A stretch of DNA of 64,000 nucleotides from Hormiphora californensis (lineage: Eukaryota; Animalia; Ctenophora): assembly GCA_020137815.1 (NCBI GenBank), contig CM035353.1:186001-250000 (forward strand), given 5' to 3'. Numbering within the stretch: position 1 is the stretch's first letter; each line of letters opens with the position of its first letter. A program made the translations under genes and the position numbers. Positions 52,853 through 64,000 of this stretch are shown in pieces. Below the pieces are notes generated by a model, which did not search any database, had not been told where the DNA came from, and saw nothing but the letters and a program-made list of their open reading frames with translations.

Positions 52853-55800
52853 GTTTAGGGACGCATAAAATATAATTCTTATTGTTGGTTGATCTCACAA
52901 ATATCATGTTGTGCTAAAAACTTGTGTGTTTTTCCAACTTGGTTTGACAAAAGAGAGCCTTCTTCGGACCAAGACTTTACACATAGTCAAACAATTGGTA
53001 GAGATGATGATTTCGCAAGGTTTATTATAATATACCCCGTGGACATCAGTTGCTTTTGTAAGATCAGGGAGACAAGCATAATATGCAATGAAAATAATAT
53101 ACAATGACATATTTGCTAGAAGCTTCGCATTATATATGAAACTAAATGAGAAAGAGTGGGACGGACAGAGGGATCCTTGTGATAATACGACTGGCGAAAT
53201 AATACTCATACAGAGAGGCTCAAACGTAACACGGGTCGCTGACTGAAACTCGAATGGACGATAACTCGAAAATTACGGACTATAACAAAAATCTCGAATT
53301 TAGGTGAGTTATTATAGTCCGGATCTGCTGACTTTCTGTCCGCCCCAGAAGGATACGATCTAGTTCACTGGTTTATATTCCGTCTTAGTAGTGTTAGGGT
53401 TGTCCTTTGGGTTCCATTTTAGGGCTGCATTAGGGTTGGGGTTTACGGTAAAACCCAGGTGAGTTTGAAATTCGACATTTTGTCCTAGCAATAAGTCGAA
53501 AATAATGCGGACAGAAATTCACTAGAAAAAAGATGTCGACGCCAATTTTCGGACAATAACTCACTTTCGAGTTACATTCCAGCTAGGTGAGTTACAGTCC
53601 TAGAGCCTCCCGTACAAGAGCTTTAAGTGAGGGATTTTACTCAAAAAATATATGAACCTTAAAAATGAATTTCCTTGAAAAATGTATTTCCTTCAGACAG
53701 CTCAAAAAAGGAATACCTTTAGGGGTACTAGAGCTCGTTGATCTTCCAGGTGGTAGGGTGACTCCAAAACGGGAGGAAAAGAAATCGTTGACCTTCTGTA
53801 TGTCCGCCTCTTCTGCTTTTTTCTTAACTGAAATGAAGTGCTTTTAGTTACCATGACCGAGGAGGCTTTAAGGAGGGTGCAGTGAGAGAGGGTCGAGCAA
53901 GGAAAGGAGGTGGGTACAGTAACAACTAACATATAACATATTTTTGACTTGAGTAAAGCTAAGCCTTGTATTACAAAAGACTGCCCTCCAGATCCGGCCC
54001 GGTGAGGGTCAGGCCAAGCACCAATGCTTCACCCAATCTTAACATGTCTCTCACTTTCTGACACCTCAAAACAAGTGTTTTTTAGACCGGACGCACCCCG
54101 TGTGTTCATCTTTGAGCGTGATAAACCAAGGTAATTTGAGCTGTGTGACGTGTGCACGGCATTTTACAGTCCTGTGGAAGGACTGTAGCGTTATCGCTGC
54201 GACTCTTTGTTTTCTTAAAAGCAGACAATAACGTTGTTGTGTGATACATGCAATGAGGAAACCATTAACCAAATTGTGGTTAAATCACACACACACACTT
54301 CCGTTGTCATAACACGTGTTACACAGTGTTTGGAACACATTCGGGGATGCTCGGGGGAAAGGGTTTTGAAAGGGTATATCGGGGCCCGACTGTATATTAC
54401 ACAGTGTTTGGAACACATGACTTACAGGGATGCTCGGGGGAAAGGGTTTTGAAGGGGTATATCGGGGCCCGACTATATTATATCCACGTGCATTACCTCA
54501 CCGAATCAAGAACTTTATCATCATATTATTGTGATTATTATATTGTGATCATATTGTGCAGTGGCCATTTTACCGTTTCTACGGAATAACAACACACAAA
54601 CACATCTAAAGTTCATTTTTTTTCAACTGTTTACCCAAAAACTGAAATTTAGAATTATAAGTGTGGTGCACGCTACGCGTTAAAATGTGATAAACGTGCA
54701 AAACATTTCCGTGCACGACTTTGGGGGGTGAACAGTTGAAAAAATGGAGTATACACACATGTACACACACACACACACATATTACTGCAAACACTGCCAT
54801 TAAATTAGAGCCTTGTGTACAGTGCAATAATGAGTTATGAGGGGGAGCTCCCCCTCTCGGGAGGATATTGTATTGTACTGGTTATGACAAAATCTTAAAT
54901 AAGTTTGATAATGAGACAGCGTAACATTAAGTAGGCTCTATGAGGTGAAGTGACATAGATGGGAAGGGTACATTATGTATGGGTTGGACGAGGGGGGAGG
55001 GGGAGGCAGGGAGAGAAGTGTGAGGGAGGGAAGGGGGGAGGGATGCAGGGTTAAGGGGAGGGAGGATGCTGGGTGAGGAGGGAGGCAGGGAAGGGTGAAG
55101 GGGTAACTTACGCCGACGTGTGGCATCATCAAGAACCGCAGCATGTTCCTGAACAGTTAAGAGATGCTCAATAATGACAGGTGACTGGGGAGTTCCCTTT
55201 CTTGGCCCTAATTCTTCTTCTTTTTGTCCAGTAGTTCCCTCCTCCGTTTTACTTTCCTCTTGACATTGATCCGCCTCTTTTTCCGATTCATTTTTTTCAT
55301 CTCTACACGAGTTAGGTTCGCAGTTTAGCTCGACTGATTTTACCACTGTATTGACAGTAGGACTCTTGGTTGTTGAATTCGGGTTTCTGTCCTCTAGTTC
55401 GCTTTGTTTTTCATTTTCCCCGGTTAGTACGGTTTCCACACCTTCGTTTGGTTCTCCAACTCCCTCCGCTGTTGTTTGTAGAGCGTCACTTTTGGTTGAA
55501 GTAGTGTCTGCCAGACTCCCTATTGGCACTACTTCCTCCTTCTTCTCCTTCTTCTCCTCTATTAGCCCTCCTTCCTTCTCCTTTATTAGCCCTACTACTT
55601 CCTTCTCCTCAACACAGGGCTTCCCATCTGATGTAGACCCCTTCCTAGATGGTTCGATATTTTGGCTATCAACATCTGATGAAGGTTGTACTCCTTCGGT
55701 ATTATCAGCTCCTAACTCAGTACTTCCAACACAACCAACCCCTACTGTGCTTGACGTTACCTCAGTGCTTCCAAGTTCCTTCATGTGTTCTTCAACCTCC

Positions 55801-56905
55801 AGGCAGCTGTCAGCTATCTCCAACTTCCCCTGGAGCCCATCACTTTGAACAACACAATCTTCACTATTTTGTAAATCTGCATTGTCGACCTCTAATTCTG
55901 GATCTGTTTCTCCCTCTTGCTGGGTATCTACTAAGTTGTCCTCCTTTCCTTCCATGCTGCCCTCTTGGGTGGAAGATGTTATGGGTGATGATGAGTCTTG
56001 GGTGGTCGGTGGAGATGTGCTATCTGAGGGAAATTAGTGAGTGAGTACAGTGTTACACTCTGTGATCTACCAAAATTATTGAAGTAGTTATTGTGTATGC
56101 GAGATATGATAATTAATCACAATCCTACGTCATGTCATTATGAGCATGACTAGGTTGACACACATAATTACAAACATACATACTAGAAATACTATAATAA
56201 TACACGCTGAGAGAAAGAATTATAATTATCTCATACCATCCTGTGATTTTTGCTCCGTGTTGTGTCGGTCTGTGTGCCTTCCCCTTTGTCTCTTCAAAGA
56301 AGGGCTGTGATATCGTGAACTGACGGTTGGGAGCTCTCTCACTGGACTCACTGAAATAATGATCGGTTCAATATAAAACAGTGAGCGTTCAATAAGTTGA
56401 TCATATCGACCAATGATTGTTATTGTGCTCTAACTCTCCTTTACATTTTTAGAGAGATAGAGGGGTCGAACAAGGCAAACCAGTGCACTGCAGTGACAGA
56501 TCTTCAAGATATAATTACCTGATTCCCTGACTTTGTCTAATACTTTGTTGACAAACTTTGGGGACTGTTTCGGCGACTTTTTCGGGGATGGTCTAGGGGA
56601 TCGTTTGGGTGATGCTTTAGGAGAACTCATCCCCTTCTGCGGACATTTCTTGATAGTCTCTTCCTTCTTAGCGAATGGTGTGACGAATGAAGACTTCTTG
56701 CTCAAAGTCTTGAATTGAGGTTTGATGGCTGCTACTTTCTTTGCTGCTTTTGGGGAGGCTGTTGTCTTCGTCTTTCCCATCTGCGCTTGTTGCCGTGCAG
56801 CAAACATACTGGCCTAGAGAGAAAATAGAAATCAAACTCTGTAAAGAATTAGAAAAGAATGTGAAACCAGGGTCCAGGGTATAATTTAGAGTTCAGACTT
56901 GGGAG

Positions 56906-56945
<40 letters not shown>

Positions 56946-57103
56946 GTGAGAGAGAGCGAGAGATAGAGAGTGAGAGAGATGTAAAGGGTGGATCCTTGAC
57001 GAACCTGGTGTTGTTCCGGAGACTTAAGATCATCAGTGGCTGATTCAGTAGTGCTCTTGGGAAGGCATAAAAGGCTGGAAACTTCTTCTACAGCTGATGC
57101 CAT
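49658..57103 (-). CDS. ZCWPW1: ZCWPW1/2-like protein: long disordered N-terminus, zf-CW, PWWP, AT-hook
   Basis: Phase-consistent exons 57103-57005, 56813-56519, 56350-56237, 56023-55112, 53827-53717, 52762-52620, 52267-52121, 51728-51591, 51495-51306, 51130-50925, 50591-50484, 50261-50187, 50089-49932, 49796-49658. Motifs WVECTLCEKWR...LPENWTCNLNTDRRYNTCSTPEE, VWVKMQGYPWWPGMI, YHVTFFG..SRAW, KRSRGRPKK. ZCWPW1 versus ZCWPW2 is not resolved. Confidence 0.85.
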
Positions 57104-58670
57104 ATCATACTATGGGGGTATATTTATTGATGAGTAATAGTAGTTTTGGTAATGCCTCGTGCGGTAGATTATCAGTCACGGACGAATTCCAAATTATTAC
57201 TGTCTGGTTTTATTTGAGAGTTGGCGGGCAATTTGTTCCAAAATAAAGGTTCGGTGGCCGGTGCTTCTTCCTCACAGTGGTACTCCGGACTCCGTCATAT
57301 TGGCCGACCGAACAGCGCCGTCCACCGTGGACGGCGCACAAAAAAACATTAATTGTTAGTGGACTGCATGCATTTTAGACGGGCGGCCAATATGACCGAG
57401 AAGCACCGGGCGGCAGACACAAGTTCCTCAAAGGACACTGCAGGCTCTAAAAAGCGCCCCGTAGGTCGAAAGCAAAAAAGTTTTTTCGGGTTGGCATACG
57501 TTGCAGGCCCCTTATAATATGCATGAGGGGGCTGCAGCGCATTCCAATTTTTCGGGGGGAGTGCAAAAAAAAAGTCAAAAAAGAAAAAGTCAAAAAAGTT
57601 CGCATAGCAATTACTCAGCGCGCACGTAACACTACAAACGCGCGCCATATTCTCGCGTTCTATTCCAATACTTTTGGCGCCCTTCGTATTAACCGCCCTA
57701 AGGGTTTCCAGAAACTGTCATTGTCTGATGGCAGTGGAACTGTCTGATCCCGTTTTAGATCGGGCAGGTGCCACCAGGCAGTGGATACAATGGACACACA
57801 GTAATTCAGATCAATAAGTGATTCTACAATTTACACAGGTTGTCAAGAACAAAAAAAACCGGTTAGCTACAGAATCAGGAATTATACTCGAAACATCTTG
57901 AATTTCTCCTTGAAAATGGACCGTTTCTAATCCTCTTAAAATGTCCCTTTTGAGTCAGCTATACCGGGCCTTTTCAAATTTCGCCAGTACCGGCCAGCAT
58001 TTCTAATTGAGTATGTTTAAAACTTCATCCAACTCATGAACTCAATTCAAATCCAAAAAACTCAGTAAACTTTCCTCGATAAAAAATATGGTAAAAAGTT
58101 GCCTAGCTCGACCATCTTTCCGTCTCTCTGGCGCCGCAGACCCCATCTGAACGGTCAAATCGGGGTCTGGCGCCGCCAAACAGCTTTCCGTGCGCCCCGC
58201 CCTTTTTTACAAATGAAAAGGAGGCTTATCACATTACAAGGTAAAAAGGGGAGCACTCGAGCGATAACATATATATGGCATACAGGCCAAAAGGACCAAC
58301 AACATTAAAGACAAAACATTTGTAACAGCAAAAGATATATTTGGAGAACTTGGAACCTAATAATATACAATCGACCCTCAAATATTTGACTCTCTCTCAG
58401 AATGGTGAATGTCATCGAAGGGCCGGATGGAGCGCCAGACCCCGATTTGATTCTCAGATGGGGTCTGCGGCGCCAGACAGGGCCGGATGCACAACACAAC
58501 AAACAGACAGCATAGTACTAATAATCAGAACATGGCGTCGCTCAACGAGAACGGAGAACTGCCAATCTTGACCCGCAGTTCAGAAAATTAAAACCACTTT
58601 GTACCAGTATCCTGGTTCCCCGATTATATTATTCCCTCATTTTTGAACCGCTTCTGCCCTTTTCACAAAT

Positions 58671-61472
58671 CTACTGTAAACTCTGAATCATATACTTGAC
58701 TATATAGGCGAAAAGTCCGAACACGGCAAGGACAGCCAAGTTAGCTAGGTTGGAACTTTGTTGAGTGACCGTCGCCTCTGGTACTGTTGAGGAGTTGTCT
58801 TGTTCTGGTTGAGGTTCCTCCGGGGGAAGGTTGTCCTCGATCTCCTGAGTGGTGGACAGATGTTGAGTGACAAGAGGCTGTTATTTGTGTGTAATGGGAA
58901 GGTGAAAATTTATTTGATCCTGCTAGAAAGTATTGTTTTATGTAAGGGGTGGAGAACCCCTTACTCAAAAAAGAAAGAATGATATCATACCAGATATCCG
59001 AATGTACAACTGGGGGGGGGGGGGGGGGGGGGTGGGTGGGTGTTTTGGGTGTTAGTCTAGCTAAACAAGGGGGGTCCAACTAACCTTCACCAAATCAGGA
59101 AATAGTTCTTTAAACTTTTTATCATTTAGATTAAAGGGGCCACTCTCCTTCGCATATATCCGTTTCACTTTGTCACTTGTCTCTATACTCCCCAGTGTGA
59201 AGGATTTCTCTAACTGCGACAATTAGGAGCTGAGTTAGACACACTGAATCTCTCTCACGCAATTAGCGCTGGCAGGATGGCAAGTTTACTCCGGCTCCTT
59301 TTTGGAGGGGCGGCGAGTCCCTGCACTTGGGGGGGGGGGGGGGGCAGGTCCCACTTACTGGGGGTGGGGTGGGGGTTGGGGCAGGTTCCATCACTTACCA
59401 TAAAGCTAAGGAGGCCAGTTATTATAGTGCTGACGCTCCATCCTGGATTCCATGTGTCAGGATGATAGTCTGATATTGATAGGCACAGTCGGAAATTCGT
59501 CTGAAACAATATAATATCGAGTTATACAGCTGGTTAATTGGTAACGAAGTTACCACTCCCTTGCCGGCATGCAAAGCGGTTATTTAGTTAAACTAAGCAG
59601 TTTTCTCAATTCTGCATTTTGATTCATAATGCTATGTTCCCCGCCAACCTCTATATTTATAACTATTTTTTTTCTAAAACCCTGCAATTTCATTGTTTTA
59701 GAGAGTTTATTCAATCCGATGTATCGGATTCAGCAAATCTTCTAAGCCAATGACAAATGAAATTACAGGGTTTTCAAAGAACCAATCGCACGCTACCTCT
59801 ATCAGAGCTGCAGATAAAGGTAGTGCGCGATTGGCTCTTTCTAAAACCCTGCAATTTCATTGGTTTAGAGGATTTCTTGAAGAGCCTTTATTTTGATGAT
59901 TTTACGAATTCGAAGTTCTATAGAACTTCTTGGTAACGAAGTTACCCCTCTGTCGAGGGGTAACAGAACCGCCTACCCGTTTTTAAGTAAATTCCTTAAA
60001 AAGTATCGCTGACACGTCCAGGCATGGCACCCCACCCCACAATTACTATACTTTACGTAGGGCGCGATGGCACGCCAGGACATGATATGTCACTAGTCCA
60101 AGATTTTAGCCTCCGAATCTGCTGTTTTTTACCAACTTTGTCGAATTTTCACGGCCAAACTATAACTTAATTTGAATTGATTTTATCACAATTGTCCTAG
60201 GTATAGTCCACAGCACCATCTCACCGAATATGAAGTTTCAAAAATGCGATCTTCATCGAAATTCAACTTCAAAAACAGTGTTAATGATGAAATAACATCA
60301 AAATTAACATACTACACAATTCTTGAGACAATTTCATGGCTGTAGAAAAAGGATTTAGCCAAATCTGTCTTATGGTTGAGGCGGTATTAATTTTTGAAAA
60401 ATATGAAACCGATTCTGTTACCCCTACATAGGGCATTGCGATAGTAAGGCACGTTTTAGCGTGCCCGCAATGTAGGGGGAACTGCGTTACCAATAGAACT
60501 TCGAATTCGAAAAAATCATCAAAATAAAGGTATGTCAAATGAAGTAATGACAGTTCACTGAGCGCTAATCTTGAGTCTCAAGATTATTTCTCAGTGAACT
60601 GTCATCGTTTGACATACCTTTATTTGTACGACTTTAATTAAGATTTAAGAGGTGGTCGGGATGGGGGATGAAACGAACCTTGAATCTTCCATTTGGTGTA
60701 ATCATGTAGATAGAGGGTGCTTTGAAGGGATAGTCCTTGGGGAAGATCAGTTTCCCATGGTAATACCCGCCCGCATACACAGAGTCTTCTGGGCCTCTCA
60801 CCACGTAATGCCTGCAGTGATAGATATTGATTGTTATAACAATTAGAGAAACAAGTTTATTCCCCAGTTTATTTCAGATTGAACAAATGTTTCGATAGCA
60901 CTAACACCATCTCATCAGCAATAATGAAATAATATACCCTAGCTCGCAGGCCCCTCTTTCTCAAAACGAAAGAGGGGCCTGCGAGCCATGGTATATTATT
61001 TCATTATTGCTGATGAGATGGTGTTAGTGCACTAACACCATCTCATCAGCAATAATTTCGATGGCACTATAGTGCCATCGAAATATTTGTTCAATCAGAA
61101 ATAAACTTATTTCTCTTTGTTGTTCGGCTCCCGGGACCCCGATTGAGCAGTGTTCGGTGGAACGAGAACAAGTCCTATTGATTGTTATACTCACACCAAC
61201 TTCCAAATGGGAAATTGTAATAGCTCTAAGAGATGTACAATATCCATTAGAGCACCCCATTACTTGCTGCACTTTCATGTGCCACTCTGCTGTTTGATAG
61301 ATTACACTGTTCAAAGTGTGAAACATCATACTACCACTTACCACTCTAGTATATTGTTTGGTAGCGGCTCTGCTACGATATACGGGACAGGGTCCTTGGC
61401 CAGCTGCATTCTGTCCATCTTGAGACGTTTGGCAGCCGTGATGGGCACACCCGTCCGTCTTGACGACGACAT
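58671..61472 (-). CDS. UBE2J2: Ubiquitin-conjugating enzyme E2 J2/Ubc6, tail-anchored, 222 aa
   Basis: Exons 61472-61342, 60811-60679, 59500-59399, 59213-59085, 58844-58671. Motifs AAKRL...[62 protein letters not shown], and C-terminal [20 protein letters not shown]. Confidence 0.93.
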
Positions 61473-61489
61473 ATGAACCCTAACTACTA

Positions 61490-61740
61490 GAGGAGAGACA
61501 AATTAGTGCACGGGAGGGGGAGTGTGGAGGGGTGGGGTGGAGGGGAGGAGAGACAGATTAGTGCACGGGGGAGGGGTGGAGGCCGGAGGGATGGAGGAGA
61601 GACAGATTAGTGCACGGGAGGGGGTGGAGGGGAAGAGGGGTGGAGGGGAGGAGAGACAGATTAGTGCACGAGGGGAGGGGTGGAGGCCGGAGGGATGGAG
61701 GAGAGACATATATTAGTGCACGGGAGGGAGTGGAGGGGAG
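61490..61740 (-). repeat. ~50-bp tandem repeat, 5 copies of GTGCACTAAT plus pyrimidine tract, ahead of the UBE2J2 first coding exon
   Basis: TTAGTGCACG on the + strand at ~61503, 61558, 61607, 61662 and 61713. Confidence 0.8.
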
Positions 61741-62475
61741 GAGGTCTGGAGGGGAGGAGGTGGATCGAGGGGAGTGGGGTGGAGGGGGAGAGGATAGGGG
61801 TGGGGTGGAGGGGATGGGGGGAGGGGAGGAGGTCGAGGGATGGAGGTGGGTTAGGGTTAGTGTTAGGGTGGGTGGAGAGGGGGGGGGGGTTTGATGTATG
61901 GCAATATATTGAGACACAATAGGTACTGAAAAGTAAAAAAGCAGAAATCAATACACACAGACAACCTCGTGATATGACAAATAAATAACCTACTAACACT
62001 TACCTAAATATGCACAGATCCAGCTAGAAAACAATATAGCACACAAAAGCATATTATATAATTTTTATATCATCATCATATAATTTTTTTATCATCAGCT
62101 CAACTTTGATTTTAAAAGAATATTAAAGAATAAATATCATTTTTGTTTGGATGGATTAAGTCCTAGATCGAGACACCGTCAGGCTCTGCTCTGCCCGTTG
62201 TACTCGTGCCTAAACGATATAACTAGACTGCCGGAAACTCCAAAAAAGGCTGTTCTTACTTGGATTTAGACGATTTAAAAGCTTTCGAGGGTGTGTCAAA
62301 TATACATCTAGTACCCCGCATAAAATCTATTTGAATTGTCTCAATGTGCTGCAACCCTACAACTGTTGTTTTGTTCAAACCCTTTTCATATTAAAAGGCA
62401 AACTACACCTTCTTGTACTGCCTTTCTTCGTAATGCGTTGAAATTTATCAAGTACTGTGTACGTTGTGATAGTGC

Positions 62476-63000
62476 TCAGAGGTCCAGATCCTCATCTAGT
62501 TGATATATCTCCGCCATACTTTCCTCGTGGCGACGGTACCTGTTGCGAAACATATCTAATTAATATCTAATTAATATATAACTAATCTAATAAACAATAT
62601 CAAATATTATATAGACAAGCACCATATCATCAGTAAATCTATCAAACTGTCATCGCCAGTCTGTCAAATACAGTATCCGACCCAAGAGGGACATTGCTAC
62701 CAGGAACCGACCGGACCAAGTAAACAACCAATCAGAGCTCGTTATTTAGGTCACGTGACTGGTTATCAGCCAATCAGGGACCAGTATTTCCTGATTCGGT
62801 CGGTTCCTGATTGCTACATATACGTACACATGGGTAGTTCTCCTCCAGGGTCTACAGTGCTCAATAAGGAAGAGACCCGATCTGGAAGTGGGATGCCTGT
62901 ATGCGTAGACTACCCACCCTCCTCCACAGCCCACCAGACAACACACGAACAGGATTAGGACGGCTATCAGGGGCTTGTCTCCATTTGTCGAGGTTGAAAT
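62476..63000 (-). CDS. 3' exons of a single-pass membrane protein resembling plexin domain-containing proteins (PLXDC)
   Basis: Exons 63000-62828 and 62539-62476: TM LIAVLILFVCCLVGCGGGWVV followed by YAYRHPTSRSGLFLIEHCRPW, which resembles the PLXDC juxtamembrane motif as I recall it (Y..HPTS...F.IE.RP..W). Upstream exons not identified. Confidence 0.6.
62701..62809. mobile_element. 109-bp hAT-type MITE
   Basis: CAGGAACCGACCG...CGGTCGGTTCCTG with perfect 8-bp TSD ATTGCTAC. Confidence 0.9.
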
Positions 63001-63876
63001 CTGCAGGGAGTGGGGTTGTTAGTACAATTGGAATACTCAACGGATAATAATTATTATATATTGATTGATATATATTGATGATATATTGATGATTGTGAAT
63101 ATTGGTTTGGCGGTTTGTGATTGTACATAATATATTGGAAGTCCCGGTTCACCAAGAGCAGGGATTAATAAATTCAAGAGTCAATTTTTCATAGATTTTA
63201 AATCCCGGAAATAATAAAAAAAGTTAGAACGTTGTCTAAAGTATACTTTAATAAACGACTACATGTGGGGTGTAGATCCGACTACCTGTGGGGTAAATTA
63301 TGTAATAGATGAAAGTTTCCCTGAACTTGATTGGTAGGTACATTATCTAATAGATGAAAGTTTTCCCTGAACTTGATTGGTAGGTACATTATATTGTAAT
63401 AGATGAAAGTTTTCCCTAAATTCAAAGTATTTGATTGATAGGAATGTGTCAAAGTTTTCCCGTTATATTATCCCTATTATCCCTATTTAAATACAGCAAA
63501 TGAGTGGCGTGATGATAATGTAGTATCCTAGCTTGCAACACTAGCGTGCAACAATTGCCTCTTTTTGCCCAGATACAGTTCTACGTCTCTTTATCACATT
63601 ATTTTTCACGTTCTTCAGCGGCCTTCCAAAGATTGCCCAGGATGTTTGTCCACAACCCTATACCATACCACTACATTATAGGACTTCAACGGGCTTTCTA
63701 GTCAAATAAAAACTTTAATTATCCACTACCCTCCCTTCTTTGATAATAGAAAGGTCTTTCATTTGCTCCCAAGACCCGGCTTGCTTGGATCTGACGTATA
63801 TACAAATGCATAGTAAGATGGTCACATTAAAAAATAATGAAGATATTCCTTTTGAACAAGTCTTCAAAGACAACGT

Positions 63877-63981
<105 letters not shown>

Positions 63982-64000
63982 AAAGAAAAGGAGATGGAGG

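Noticed and set aside
54066-54272. IQ-like motif (AAITLQSFHRTVKCR) as an exon of the ZCWPW-like gene
   Set aside because: The frame ends in a stop, and 55112 joins 53827 in phase without it.

Overview
Intron-rich, microsatellite-rich animal genomic DNA, not prokaryotic. A ctenophore is my inference, from a nested intronic gene and a domain I recall from ctenophore secreted proteins. Gene models were built by hand from GT-AG signals and phase continuity: a coiled-coil gene (+, 692-4417), a small Cys-tailed type I membrane protein (+) converging with a Ly6/uPAR-like gene (-) whose 3' halves occur twice (5.7-13.9 kb), an NPC1-family transporter (+, 27532-39700) with an antisense intronless 7TM gene in one intron, a secreted sushi-domain gene, a ZCWPW1/2-like CW+PWWP gene (-), UBE2J2/Ubc6 (-) and the 3' end of a PLXDC-like gene (-). 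Mobile DNA includes an L2/CR1-group LINE with intact ORF2 and many non-autonomous palindromic DNA transposons. The most unusual signal is recurrent tandem amplification of splice signals. The clearest case is an 18-copy array of a complete 3' splice site in which 17 copies lead straight to a stop codon and only the last is productive. No transcript data or database searches were available.
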